Below are positions 1-13,499 of a stretch of DNA of 64,000 nucleotides, one piece after another; position 1 is the stretch's first letter; each line of letters begins with the position of its first letter. The translations under genes were made by a program, and so were the position numbers. The notes beneath the pieces are model-generated. The model ran no database searches. It had not been told where the DNA came from and worked only from the letters and a program-made list of their open reading frames with translations. The stretch is taken from NCBI GenBank assembly GCA_002633005.1, contig NMRA01000189.1, positions 100,264 through 164,263 of the forward strand, read 5' to 3'. The DNA comes from Phoronis australis (taxonomy: Eukaryota; Animalia; Phoronida).

Positions 1-100
1 TGTGCGTACTGGGCATACTGTGCGTACTGGGCATACTGGGCTCACTGTGCATACTGGGCTCACTGTGCATACTGGGCTCACTGTGCATACTGGGCTCACT
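1..100. repeat. 18-bp minisatellite (actgggctcactgtgcat-like), ~5.5 copies, truncated by window start
   Basis: Tandem repetition visible directly; it ends about 11 nt before the exon start at 112. Confidence 0.9.
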
Positions 101-111
101 ATGTATTTCAG

Positions 112-182
112 ATGCGTTTGCTGGTTATGACTTGGATAATAAGAAGGCCCTCAGTAAAGAGAATCTCAAGAGAATGTTCAAG
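112..182 (+). CDS. EF-hand protein internal exon (AFAGYDLDNKKALSKENLKRMFK)
   Basis: tttcag acceptor, AAG|gtaata donor; AFxxYDLD...xSxxxLxxMF is an EF-hand pattern. Confidence 0.88.
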
Positions 183-346
183 GTAATATAGAGGATACCA
201 CTGTTACTGGTTGACCTGCCTTCTCAGTCTATAACAGGCAGGTACTATGCCATCATTCCAAATGCAAACATAGAAATGCCAAGATATGGTAAAATCTCAC
301 CAATTAAGGACAGAATTTGACCAACTAGGGGAATTTTATTTTCTCA

Positions 347-1515
347 TTTTTATGCGACGCCTATTGCTTTCATCTCTGCCTGGTCATCTGGGCATCTAGC
401 TTCGGCTGCTGTATCTCCTAAAGTGCTTTTTGGATCTTAATGAAATTTGGCAGATGCGTTTTTATGAAGCTGACGACAGATGACGACGAATTTCAGACTG
501 TTCAGATTACTACTGTTTTGCCTCGTGACAATTTTATTTTTTTTTACGTTTACCTCGGTATCTTTGGAGTTCTTTGATAAATTTTCCTGAAATTTGGCAA
601 ATAGGTTTCTTTTAAGTTGACAACACCTTTAGATTTTTGGGAGTACTTAGCCTATTTTGCGCAACCTATTGGGCATTTTTGAAATTTTCTACTCCGTTTT
701 TTGCATCCGCCTCTCTATTCCTCAAACTACTTGAAGTATTGTAAAAATTAGCAGATGAGTAGACCGTGGATGACGTTGATTATTTGGACAGGTTTTTTGG
801 ACAGATTTGATGTCTACGCCACCTGGTGACGTTTTGTCGTCGGCCTCTCGATCCGCCAAACCATTCAAAAGATCATCATGAAAATTGGCATTTGTATTCT
901 TGATGAGAAGACCGCAGCTGTCTTTGATGTTTGGACAGGTGCTACTGCACTGGCACCTCCTAGTCACAATTTTATTTTGTGCGTCAAAAGTTGTCTTTTT
1001 GAAATTTGGCATGTGTTTCTTTGGAGATGGCAACGAATGATGAGTTTTTGACCAATCTGATTACAGTTGTGTTTTCTTGTGGCTATTTTATTTTTTACGC
1101 ATGCCTCTGTATCGTTGGAGTTCATTGATAGATTTTCCCGAAATTTGGCAAATAGGTTTCTATTAAGAAAACAGTTTGTTTCATTTTCGGTCGGATTCCT
1201 CATATTCTGCTCTACCAAGTTGCTCAAAGGATCATTATTAAACTTAGCAGTTGTGTTTCTGTTGAGAAGACTATGGCTGATGAGGTTTTCTGATGGGTCT
1301 GATAACTGTGGGGCTCCTGGTGGTGATTTTGTATTTTTGCAACCATTGCTGTAGCTGGTGATTCCTTTGCTGGAACAGTGTGAACTTTGGCAGAGTTTTT
1401 ATCTATAAATATGACAATGACTGCCCTTGACATTTTGAACAGCTCTGACTACCTGTGTGTCCCTTAGTGGTAATTTTAGTTTTTACCTTTTTCTCTGTAA
1501 CTTTGGAGTACCTTG
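347..1515 (+). mobile_element. Helentron/HINE (Pearl/DINE-1-like) non-autonomous element, 3' end not recognisable
   Basis: Shares its start (ttttatgc..., gctgtatctcctaaa) and internal ~150-bp degenerate subrepeats with the copies at 9151 and 46327. Confidence 0.65.
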
Positions 1516-1806
1516 TGTATTTTTTTTCATACTCAGTCTAAATAAGGTAGACTTTGAGACTAGTTTTCTAACAGAAAATGGTCTGATTTGAAAGTTTTGG
1601 GCATTAAACATTACAGAAGGCAGGTCAATTGAGGGCTTAAGTTTTATGACAGTAAACATCTTGTGCTGAGGGAGGTTGATGGCTTAAAGATTGCCACTTT
1701 CCTTCACCACTAATATGCAGAAGTGTAGTAACTTCAGCTACAAAGTTATGTTGACCATCTTTGTTTGTCTGGTGAGAACCTAACTTATTGTTTTTAATTT
1801 TTCCAG

Positions 1807-1869
1807 GCTTTTTTTCTAATCACAATAGATCTGGTACGGGATGTTGTCAAGTCATGCGAAGAAGAAATG
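1807..1869 (+). CDS. EF-hand protein internal exon (AFFLITIDLVRDVVKSCEEEM)
   Basis: Polypyrimidine ttccag acceptor, ATG|gtaact donor, 63 nt, phase 0/0, in frame with neighbours. Confidence 0.85.
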
Positions 1870-1888
1870 GTAACTGTTCTAAAGATGT

Positions 1889-2152
1889 GTTAGACTACTG
1901 CTCTAAGCTTGACACGGTATCGTTAGACTACTGCTATAAGCTTGGCACGGTATCGTTAGACTACTGCTCTAAGCTTGACACGGTATAGTTAGACTACTGC
2001 TATAAGCTTGACACGGTATCGTTAGACTACTGCTATAAGCTTGACACGGTATAGTTAGACTACTGCTCTAAGCTTGACACGGTATCGTTAGACTACTGCT
2101 ATAAGCTTGACACGGTATAGTTAGACTACTGCTCTAAGCTTGGCACGGTATC
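1889..2152. repeat. 33-bp minisatellite, 8 copies (gttagactactgctMtaagcttRacacggtatM-like)
   Basis: Eight near-identical tandem units starting about 20 nt after the donor at 1870. Confidence 0.95.
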
Positions 2153-3005
2153 TCCACTTTTAATCAACACGTATTTAATGGAATGTCAACCTTCCTTGAA
2201 GGAGCTAGCATCTACTTCAAGAATATATTGGTTGGTCTTATTAATATTCTGAATCATGACAATTCACTAATTGCCACCGGTTATTGTTACTTTGACCATC
2301 AGAGCAGTTTTAACAGTAGTGTTAGTAATGTGGACTCTAATGTCAGTTCGATGCCAATTCAGATTTCTAAATAGTTTTGAACTCTGATGGATGTCATACA
2401 AGCTAAATCATTTTTGTTTTGGTGGTATTGACTTCTCAGAATGATATGGACAACATTTTCTACATGTGACTATTGATATAGATTTCAATTTTATGTCTTT
2501 CTGGGCCTAAAGTCCAATCTCCAAACTCAAACTCAGATCCCAACTCGCACTCTGTACTGAACCAGAGTTCCATCTTATATTTGGTGTACCTGTTATAGCA
2601 CAAAAAATGTTCATTGTTTCAAGTGTAGAGTGCAACTTGACTCTAGTAACAAGGTTTCTGAGAAGAGATGTCTTCACTCTTCATATGGAGGTTGGCTCTA
2701 GATTCCAGGGGCCAGCTTCACTAAAAGTGATGAGTAGACGTGAAGCCAGTTAATAACCCTGATAAACGGTGACTGCACTAGTTGACGGGTGAACACACAT
2801 TTTCAGTCCAGGCTTGTCATCAGATTTCTGTTGCATAACTCGGTTTTATGCAAATTCTTTCTCGTCATAGTGAACTAGTGGTCAAGCCTGGATTTGAAGG
2901 TAGATTAGGACTTTAATACTAAATTGTAGATTCCTGAACGTCATTCAAAAACTACAGTGTTCACATTACAAATAGGTAGACATTATTCATTGCCTCATAT
3001 TTCAG

Positions 3006-3133
3006 ATGGCTAACTTTGATGACAACACGGGCAGGCCTGTTTCATCGTTATTCAGTGCTCCCATACCTGTTGAGAGCTCGTCTCGACCTAAACCACCTGG
3101 CAAGGTTCCACTGCCCAGCAATCCTGGAGGAAG
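3006..3133 (+). CDS. EF-hand protein internal exon, Pro/Ser-rich linker (MANFDDNTGRPVSSLFSAPIP...PGG)
   Basis: tttcag acceptor, AAG|gtgagg donor, open frame, phase 0/2. Confidence 0.85.
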
Positions 3134-3798
3134 GTGAGGCTAAACCCATTGGAGAATTGGAGAACACATTTTCCGTCAGCATTTTATATATTAATAAAGC
3201 ATAAAAATATTTCCAGGTGATCAGTGCAATTGGCCCACATGCGAGGCCTACGCTTGTCTGGTACAACGTGTATCAGACCGCCTGCAATTATTTTTATATA
3301 TTAACCTGACTAAATATATACACTGCAGGACCTTGTTATACACGTGATCACCTGCTCTGCACTTTGTCATAATTTGAATATATTTAATCACTTCATTTAA
3401 CCTTTTCAAGCTGAATTTTTTGCAATACCAGCAGGTCTTTCTAACACTGACAGGTAAATAAGAAATATTTGTTTGCTGCCAAGAAAAATATCTGCTCAAG
3501 TTATTGAAATATGTTGACTATGTTTGAAAAGGCTTCACTTTCTCACAATATATATCTATGGTGGATGGGATGTACCTTATGTCATGGTAATGATAGAATG
3601 GCGTTTATACGAGGCACAAACACCACTAAGTTTCCTTCATGTTAAAGTTCACAGCTGAAATCCATCAAGAATATTTGAAATGTTATGTTCAGATAATAAT
3701 AATATACGTATGGAAGTCATCAGTATGAAGGCCGTAAAGGCGTACTTGATCTTGATTAAAAATATACACATGGACTAATATGATTACTTGTGTTGCAG

Positions 3799-3897
3799 AG
3801 AGTCTATGTGGCCAGTGATGGAGGCTATGTCTCAAGATGCTATTGATGAGATGGTGGACAATTTCTTCAAGATGGCCAAGCTAGGTGATAATGACCG
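3799..3897 (+). CDS. EF-hand protein internal exon (ESMWPVMEAMSQDAIDEMVDNFFKMAKLGDND)
   Basis: ttgcag acceptor, CCG|gtgagt donor, phase 2/2; resembles the entering helix of an NCS-type EF4. Confidence 0.88.
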
Positions 3898-5429
3898 GTG
3901 AGTCAGACCTGTCTAGTTATTGAGACCAGATTGTGGGATTTCTGTTACTGTTGATGTGGATAAAACGATTTTATATTGTTTGAATGTTTGGGTCCTCATT
4001 GCCTTTTGTCAATGGTTAGATTTGGGTTGGGTCATAGCTGTACTCCCCCTGGTGATTAACTGTGATACCTGGAATGTTTGGACATTTATATCAATTTATT
4101 TCTGTGATAAAGGCCATAGGCCCACTGTACAAAAGAACAGCATGTAACGGTGTAAGAGAGCAGCAAGGTATCATGGAGACAAAAAGCATACAATACATTT
4201 TTACACAGGTTAACTAATTTAGCAACATCAGTTGTTGACATTAATTAACAGAATATTCCAGTAGTACACTTCAGTATAATTTTCTCTCAGTTCAGAATGG
4301 ATTTAATAGTAAATGTGATGTTAGTCAGACGTTTTGGCCATCTTTGGTTGTTTACCAGTTTAGCTCTGCAAATGTCAGCATGCATGGGCCATACGGATCC
4401 TCTTTTTACTTACACTTGACGAGGAATCTACACAAAGTTACTTTCCACCAACCATGAGTGGAAATGGGAATTTCATTTCTGATAAAGTCTACCAAGTCCC
4501 AATGGATAGTTCCCACAAACACAGTTAGGCCACATACAGTACAGGACGATACTAATCAGATAAAATTCTGTTTTCTGTCATTACAGTTAATTCTGTTGAC
4601 AGGCTGGAATTATTAGCTTGATAGACATGTCTGTTCATATTTTTTCTCTTGAGCGTCTGGTTTGCTTGGGGTCTTATGTGTTGCCCAAAACCAAAGCTGC
4701 AGTTGTGCTCAGAGAGTGCTAGTATCTTAGCTAGATAAGATAGGGCAGCTGCACTGAAACTTGTATCCACACTCTATGTGAAACGTTTTTGAAATTGATC
4801 TGGTCTGTCCCTAGTGTTGCCTTAATGGCTGTTCCTGCAAAATCTGTATGGGGGGACAGCAATTGAAATAAAAATTAATGGGTGCTTGTCTGTTGAAGAA
4901 AATTTAAATTATGGGTGATCCTTCGCGAAAGAAGTAAGTTTTTAAAATCAGGTGGTGTCTGTTGACTGGTGGGAATTTACAGCCAAACACCGATCTCAAT
5001 ACCCTCTGAAAAAACTTATGACTCACCAAAAATTCACTTGCAATATACTGAAAGTTTCCAAAAATAACAAGACATGCCCATGTTGCAATATGTACTCTAC
5101 GCCATCACTCAACTCATGGGTAACTTGATAGCAGGCACATGTTGTGCAGTCATATTAGAATGAAAATTACTGCAACACTAAACTGGTGTTAACACATCTA
5201 TGAAAATCTGATGAAATTTTTGATAAGAGTCAGATAGACAAGTTCCAATATTTACTTGGGTTAACAGCTTAAAAGCATTCGTGGAAACATTAAGATTCGT
5301 AGATTCATGAAAGTTAAAAAAAATTTATTGACCTTACAGAGACACCTTGTGGCTACTTAAAGTATTGCTCACTGGTATCTTTGAACAGCAAGTTATTGGT
5401 AACTGACACGAGCTGTGATCTGACATGGA

Positions 5430-6190
5430 ATTTTTGTGCACCCATAAAAACTTGTGGTCGCATACAGTCGGCATCACGTCAGTCTGTCCGTCTTCCCTTA
5501 TCATTTCTTGTCCGTCCATTGTCTCAAGAATCGCTTGGCAGATCATGATGAAATTTGGTATAGAGGTACTTGGCGGGGATGGGCCAACACCAGTCGATTT
5601 TCGGACGGATTTGGCTACAGCGGTAACCCATGTTGGGTGATTTAGTTATCAACAAGACATTCTTTGTGCATCAATTATCTCAAAAACTGTTTGACGGATC
5701 ACGATGGAATTCAATACAGAGGTATATGGCAAGAGTGCACCGGCACCAGTCAATTTTTTGGAGGGATTTAACTACTGTGGCAACCCCTTTTATTTTTCGA
5801 CTACTCAAGTCTTTCTTTGTCCGTCTATTATGTTGAAACCGCTTAACATAATGACAGAGATAGATGGCTTGGATTTGCCGGCATCAGTCGATTTTCGGAC
5901 ACACTTGACTACCGTAGCAACCTCTGTTGGCCATTTTACTTTTTGACAAGACAGGCTGATTATCTCAAAAACCGCTAGGCACAACCATATGAAATCTGGC
6001 ACAAAGATATATGAATGGGATGGATGCGTTGACAGTAGTCAATTTTCGGTTTGATTCAACCACCCTCTTGGTCACTTTAGTTTTTGACAGCATTCAACAA
6101 GACGGCTAGTTCTTGTTCGTCGATCATTTAAGTACTTAACAGATCATTGTGTGTGACCATTTGTTTACAGGTATTGCTCCCTCTTGTAGG
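5430..6190 (+). mobile_element. related HINE-like element (different subfamily)
   Basis: T-run start, gcacccat...gtggtcgca palindrome, cgtc/tgtc microsatellite, internal subrepeats (cagtcgattttcggac), ends ...ctcttgt. Confidence 0.55.
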
Positions 6191-6988
6191 AATTTTGAAA
6201 TTTTGAGCACCTCTATTACTTGCCATTTGCAATGCACATGAAAGGCACATACCAACCTTCTTGTTCATTAATCGCTATTCACTGGAAAACTTGTGAATTT
6301 TTATTCCTTGGCTGGGAGGGAACTGACGTTGTGTCTACTGAACCGTTGTCGGCTCACGAAACACTGAAGACCGAAAAAATAGAATAAAACCTAATGTGTA
6401 CTTTACCACATATAATTCAGCCATAATTTAAAAATATTGCGGGTGGTTGCATTTTATATTTGAACCTAATTAAAAATTACGGGTGGTGGGTTGGATAAAT
6501 AAAAGAAAAATATGGGTGGTGGGTAAAAAATAAAAGTGTCGTCCCTCCTCCCATACATATTAGTAGTCAAATCTTTTGTTTTGTGGATCTTGTTTTAGGT
6601 CAAATCAATACAAGAAAACAAATAACAAGCACTTAGCGAAGCATGTCATATTTTCAACCCTATATACAGAGTTCAGAATTTCATTTCTTAATTCTAAACA
6701 TGGTCAGTGGGAAACCACACCTAACAGGTGTTCTGGCTCTTGAAAGGACTGTCAAAATTAGTAAAACATAAAAGTTTGGCCGGAGAGTCATTCTGTAATA
6801 GACAAAGAAATGTTAAGAGTCGTATTACCTCCAAATTTTGTTTGAAGGTAAGAAAGTTCTCAGTCTGAAACTGTGAGCCTCTGTGAATCAATAATCTGTC
6901 CAACTGCTCTCCTAGAGCAGTAGTGTAAATAAGCTTGGGAATCAATGAATGCGTAGTTTAGACCTGTCATGTGCGCCTCTTTTTTCAG

Positions 6989-7073
6989 AATGACCTACGA
7001 CCAGTTCTGTGAACTGGCTCAGGTGGATAGTTCATTAATCAACTGGTTTGATGCTCTTGGAACTGTCTTTTGA
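6989..7073 (+). CDS. EF-hand protein terminal coding exon (MTYDQFCELAQVDSSLINWFDALGTVF*)
   Basis: ctctttttttcag acceptor, phase 2, TGA at 7071-7073; xTYDQF matches the xTFEEF end of an EF loop. Confidence 0.88.
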
Positions 7074-8386
7074 AGGCCTTCGTGTTATGACAAAAATTGT
7101 GGAGATGAATAATATGGAACAGGAATGTTGTATTATAATTTCCCATAAATCCACTCATTGTTGCACAGTAATAAAAGCTCAAGACTGGGACTATTTGATG
7201 TCACATTTTTGCTTAATGTGTAAATTATGTTGAAAAAGTGGTTCAAGTTTTGTGTAAGTCTTGAGTTAGGAGGTTGAATTCCATGCGATGTTGTCACATC
7301 GATGAGGACTTCAACGTTTTGTGTGGTGTTAGAGAGACGCATTTGATGACGTTGTGATTATATTATTTACCGCTTTTGTACAAACTAATCAGGGAAGTCG
7401 CAATATTGGCCATTTTTTCTTGATTTATTGTTCGTCTGTTGAAGCTTATGACTGATGAACAGTGGCAGTGAGATTCTATGCAGTTAGTGTTCTTGTGAAG
7501 TTTGAAAGGTTATAGACTGCTGAATTAAGTGCCGTGTAGTTTGAATTATCATCTAATGTAAAGCGATTACGAGGGCAGTAATCTCAGGTTGTGTTGCTCA
7601 ATTATTAATTTGTTGTTTGTTCTCTCATATGCCTTGATAATTTTGCTAAATGCGTAATTGTCCTTATAGTGTCATTAGATTCTGGTTTTAACAGAAGAAT
7701 GAAAATTTGTTTAAAAAATGTAGATTTCATGAAAGCAGCTCTTTTCAGTCAGAAATCTATGTGGACGTTGCACGGTGCGTAACTTTCATGTGACAATTAA
7801 TTTAGAACACAATATGATTGGTAGAGGAAATTTTATTTTCTCGTTTTTCATGAAAATGGGTTGTCAAAATTTTAGTTTGCTGCATTTCATTGTAAATACT
7901 TCATCGTATTCAAGTTCTCCTGTGCAGCGTAGCTACAATCATACAGTATGTTAAAAAATTGTGGAAAACTAAAATTTTAGAAGCCCTTGAGAAATGAGGT
8001 TTTATTGTAAAGCTGCATTAAGAATCATGCAAACTTTTGGCCACATTTCACTTCTGATCTTGGAAAGCAATCATTGGTGAATTCTACATGTAAAATGATT
8101 AGCATTTGATGGTAAATTGCTATTAACAGACGTGTATTGACTATCCAATTTGTAAATGAATATTTGAGCTAAACGTTGGTTGGATTTTGTCTTCACTGAG
8201 TACTAAATACGAAAGTTCAGTTAGGCAAAGTCTGTTTTTACCTTTTTGTGTGAAGACATACATTGTTTTGTTAGCTAAGTGTTCAGTGGTTTTGTTTGAC
8301 TCGCATAAATAATGTAGCTGGAGATTTATTTTGTGGCTGAAATTTATTGTATATTTTATGTGCTCATTTTTGTGATTTTTGAGACC

Positions 8387-8392
8387 AATAAA
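8387..8392 (+). terminator. candidate polyadenylation signal of the EF-hand gene
   Basis: AATAAA after a long U-rich, 3'UTR-like stretch; alternatives at 7170 and ~12382. Confidence 0.35.
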
Positions 8393-9150
8393 TTGTGATT
8401 GCTGAATATTAATGCAAGTGTTTTAGATAAAAATATTCGCCTCCATGGGCAGGACTGCTACAGTTCGCTTTGTCGTTCCACCTAAACCCAATCCTGTCTT
8501 GTTTGAAAACACAATTATTGTCTTTTATGAGCGACACACGTTCCTTGTCATTTCTGTTTAGACACACACAGAATCTTTCACAACAGTTCTGGACTACAGG
8601 CCACATTCTCTGTAACAGCGTGCATTACAACACAGCAGCTCTGTCAAAACGATGTGCAGTGTTTCTATTTTCAGAAAGTATGTACTTCCCCCGAGTTCTA
8701 ATTTAGTTCGTAGAAGTACAAACTGGAAATTAAAATTTCCATAGTTATGTACTAGCTGTTTGGCTAAATGTGCTGACATGTCAATAATGAACCTGAATTC
8801 AATTTATCTCCTGTTATGGCTTGTTCAGGCATCCCTTGTAAACAAGCACAGGATTGTGTTTTGTAGTGTAGTTTGCAATGAATTCTGTAATTGTAGATGC
8901 GATAAATAACAGTCTTATTAGAACACAATTTGTTCGATAAGTGAAAATTTATTTTGACAAATTTCTCCACAAAATAAAAATCAAGAAAATGTTTGTCAAT
9001 TTTTGTCATAGTTTGTACTGTGTAGATGGCATAAGTCAAGATTTGGTAAAGTTTCCATCACTTGCAGTAAGGTAATAAGCCTTAGAAAATAGGAAAAGTG
9101 ACAATTCTCTCAATTATTTTTGTGTAAAGTAAGTGAGGAATTATCGTAGC

Positions 9151-10746
9151 TTTTTATAGCACCCACATATTTATATGTGGCTGCATATTGCTGTCATCTC
9201 TGGGCGTCCATGGTCCGGCGTTCGCAGCTATGTCTCCTAAACCCCTCACGAGATCTTGAGGTTTTTCAAATGTGTTCCTATGAAGCTGATGACGAATGAC
9301 GACAAATTTAGGACCTCCCCGACTACTAGCAGTGTGCCCCCTAGTGGCAATTTTAGTTTTTTTATGTTTACCTCTGTGTCTTCAAAGGTCCTCAACGGAT
9401 TTTCATAAAATTTGGCAGTTAGGCATCTACTAGTGAAATGACGCTATCCTGTTTTTGAATAGATTTGAGGTTCTTTGCGCCACCTAGTGGTCATTTTCAC
9501 TGTTTTCGAGTCTGTTTTTTGGCGTCCGCCCCAGTATCAACCAAACCGCTCTTGGGATGGTTGTGAAAATTGGCATATCTGTTCTTACTGTGACGAGGAC
9601 GACTGACGATGATTTTCTGACTTCGACTACTGTGGTGCTTCCTAGTGGCATTTTTGTTTGTTTTTTGCGCCCATGTCTGTATCTCCTAAACGCTCTACAG
9701 GGTAGTTATAAAATTTGGCAAATGCATTGATATGAAGTTGACAATGGATGTCGACCTTTTTCCAATGGATCGAACTACCGATGTGCTCCCTAGTGGCAAT
9801 TTTTGTTTTTTACGTTAATGAGGTGACGTTATCCTCTGGTTTTCGGATTGATTCAAGGTATTTTCCATCACCTAGTGGCCATTTTACTGTTTTCAATTTT
9901 TTGGCATCTGCCCCTCTGTCAATCAAACCACTTTAAGGATGATTGTGGAAATTGAGGTGTATGTTCCTAATGTGAATAAGATGGCTGACGATGATTTTCC
10001 GAGGACCTCGATTACTGTGGTGCCTCTTAGTGGCATTTTATTTTGTTTTTTTTTTTGTAAACGCCCATGGCTGTATCTCCTAAACCCTCTGTAGGACATT
10101 AATTGAATTCAACTTGTGTTTTTATGAAGTTGGCAATGAATGACGACGACTTTCAAACGGATCCGATAAACACTGTGCCCCCTAGTGGCAATTTAATTTT
10201 TTTCCAATTTTCGCTGTTACTCATGAAGCTGCGTGATTTATTTTCATGGAATTTCATAGATAGCTTTTGATTGAAACAATGACGTGCCTGTTTTCAGATG
10301 GATTCAACATATTTTGCGCCATCTAATGGTCATGCTATCATTTTTAGTCTGTTTTGGCAACTACCCCTCTATCAACCCAACCACTTCAAGGATGATTGTG
10401 AAAATTGGCATTCATGTTCTAAGTGTAAAGAAGACGATGATTTTCCAACGACTTCATCTATTGTGGTGCCTCCTAGTGGCAGTTATGTTCTTTGCGTCCG
10501 TAGCCTGCTAGGGAGTAGTGGCAGTTTCATTTTTTTCTGTTTTCCATGATTTCTCCGAAGTTCCTGGACAGATTTTTCTGAAATTTGGTAAATATCTTCT
10601 ATCATGGCTTATACCAGTTTTAGGATAGATTCAACTTATTTTGCGTCATCTAGTGGCCATTTTTATGATACAAATAAACACTCATAGAAGCTCACCGTTT
10701 GCGGTGCATTCGTGGGCGCATTTCATCGTTCTGTGTTGCTCTTGTT
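9151..10746 (+). mobile_element. Helentron/HINE (Pearl/DINE-1-like) non-autonomous element, apparently full length
   Basis: 5' T-run with gcacccacat/atgtggctgc palindrome; ~145-160-bp degenerate tandem subrepeats marked by cctagtggc; 3' gtgggcgca sub-terminal inverted repeat and ...ctcttgtt end. Confidence 0.7.
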
Positions 10747-10810
10747 CTAGCTCTTGTTGTGTTACCCTTATTGATTTTATTATCAATTACTTGATTTCAT
10801 ATTGTGAACT

Positions 10811-11031
10811 CAGTGGCAGATCTACGGTTTCAGTAATGGGGGCTTAGGATTCACGCGAATACGAGGCGTGTAGCACCAAGCGGAGGGAAGGTTGGGAAGG
10901 GGTTTCCGCCCTTCCGTGTAAGATTTTTTGTTTTTGTTATTTGGTTTTCCTGGTGACATTTTTTAAAAATATTTTGTTTTTGATCCTGTCCCAAGGGGGT
11001 GTTTGAACCCCCCCATGTAGATCTGCCTCTG
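10811..11031. mobile_element. hAT-like MITE
   Basis: TIRs cagtggcagatctac / gtagatctgcctctg; no clean 8-bp TSD. Confidence 0.6.
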
Positions 11032-13499
11032 TAATTGTTTTGTACATTTTAAGTTGTTTTGATACCGTAAAATCTCACTGATTTACAACACAAATTATGT
11101 TGGACAGCAGGAATTTTATTTTCTCATTTTTTTCATTAAAAAATACGTAACAGCAAAATAATGCTTTGTATCATAGCTACCATTAAGACTACATTTTGAA
11201 AATTGTTGCCACTCACAGCATTGTTAGAAGTCTTAGTTTGATAAATGACAAGTTTGACAATTATTTTTTCTAAAATTGATAACATATTGTGTAGTTATAA
11301 CCTTACCATTGACTGGGTAGTTCTCAATGTAGATAAGGATAGAGGAAATTGGGATGTTATGTTGTCCTGTGGACAAAAAGGTTAGTATCTTTTTCCTTTG
11401 TCCTCTAATTAGTGAGTTTTGTTTGCCTGAGTGAGAAGATAATTGTGTTTTATTATGCCCATGGTATTCTGAATAGCTCAGCCTGGAATGTTAGAAACAG
11501 TTTATGAAGACCTCGCTCCGTGTATACTCAGTTGATTGACAATACTGTACCAGCTTTGTGTTTATGCACTTAGATATTAGTAGATATTAATATTTTTGTA
11601 GAAGACTTGAAGGGACATGCTCTTCACTGTTTTCTATGCCATTGAGGTTGTGGGCGTGATGTCAAAGTTGTTGATGGCCGTAATACACTTGCATTTTTCT
11701 AAAAATGTCATTAGTGGACATCGTCGATGCAGAGAACTAAGTGAACATTTATGTACTAAGTATTCTTTATGGAGGAGGGGGAGATCCCCAGAGGTGGAGT
11801 GTCTGCCAAAGGGTTTGGTGAAATCTTGCTAATTTAGGACGCAGTGTTGCAAACAATTAAAATTTATTTTTTGTCATAAACATAAAAAATATGTAGGAAA
11901 AGGTTGATTTATTGAGATTTTATCGTGTTGTGTACTCATGAAAATATTGATTATCCTTCGCAAACACTAGAAATTTGTTATATCATTTGTTATCATCTTT
12001 CTGTTTTGTGTAGTGTATTCGGATGTACGCAGCAGAAAGTCGATGGCAGGTGTATGGTAACAGGTAAAAGATATTTTTATTTCTATTTCACTTACGTCAT
12101 AGTCACCTCCTACTAAGTGTTGAAGAGCATTGATTGTCAGCCTCTGATCTCATCTACTTTATTTAACCGCAGAGTTACATATAAATGTCCGACATGTAAT
12201 GTCTAATTGTAAAAGAGTCATTGTCATGTGATACATGCAAATGCTGAGCAGTAGAAAATGCTTGCAATATCATGTGTGATGTTGTAGACTACCAGGGGAA
12301 AACCACTTTGAGCAATTGTGTGGCTCTACATTTAGATATCAGCCATTTGCGTGATTGATGACCTTCTGGAATCAGTGTCTCAATAAAACTAAAGCCATAC
12401 ACTGTAACCGGACCAACTGCACAGTAATATCATTGCCTTTATTTTAAGCTTGCCGTGTCCTCTTAGTCGCGTACGCGTTCAGATGAAGGAGGGGTACAAT
12501 TTTAAGGCTGTCATCTTTTGAACGTGGTGAGAGAATGCACGTTTAAGGCTAGATGTCGCTAGCGTTCTGTGAGTAAGTGTGTGAACTAAGATACCGAAGT
12601 TCCAGCAAAATGGCCTCTGTCGACAGTCCGTTGAGTGTGAACAGTTTGAAACAACCAAGAATGATTGCTAGTTAGGTCTATCTTATTGTATACCGCAGAT
12701 GTGTTGCCGTGGTGACTTGCCCTAGATTTGAAAATGACCTTGACCTTGATGTGTTGGCCAATAAGAAAATATGAACTGCAAAACCAGTAATGATTAGTGG
12801 AGGTGACCCCTCTACAACAAGCCTGTGTGGTGTAGTGGAAGAGGTATATGACTGCAGGTCTTGATTTGGTGACCTGCGGGTTTTGTCTGGTGACGTAGTG
12901 AAAGTCCCAGCTTGCCTCTAGATCTCACCACGCACACACTGTTAAAAGTAGTTCCCGGAGTGCAATACAGAAAACAGTACCACATGGCTGTATTGCACTC
13001 AACTTATTCAATGCTTATGAGGTAAATGTCATTTTCCTGCGTCATTATTCAGCTTTTGTTGTTGACTTGAAGACATTAGGCTATTGTCAGGAACTCGCGC
13101 CACTTATTAAATTTTTGTGCCATCTTTCGGGAGGTAACTTCGCCAAAGCAAAATTTGTTCTGAAATTTGGTTTGCTACATATTAATACAGTTTTGTACCA
13201 AGACTAGAGGTGTATATGGCTTATGTATAATTCATTTCCCTAAAAATGAAGTTGCTTTCTTTTCATCTTGGGGACAATGAGGGATCAGTTGCCATGGTTA
13301 CATTGTGAAAGTGTACAGTTGACCTGTAGCTAAAATCACATCTTCTTCACACACTGGTGAAATCCCTGATCTGTGTAGTGGAAATGACAGAATGAGTGAG
13401 CCTCTGTGAAGATGGTTAAAGTAAATATGGTTAATAATATTATTCTTTCTGGTGGGACATTAAGGGATATTTTTATTCTTTGTTAAGTTTCCTGACCAG

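Larger units (their letters stand above)
112..7073 (+). other. 3' part of a spliced gene (5 coding exons) for an NCS/calcineurin-B-like EF-hand protein; 5' end outside window
   Basis: Five GT-AG exons join in frame (start phase 1, then 0, 0, 2, 2) to give (Y)AFAGYDLDNKKALSKENLKRMFK-AFFLITIDLVRDVVKSCEEEM-MANFDDNTGRPVSSLFSAPIP...GGR-ESMWPVMEAMSQDAIDEMVDNFFKMAKLGDNDR-MTYDQFCELAQVDSSLINWFDALGTVF*. Confidence 0.88.
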
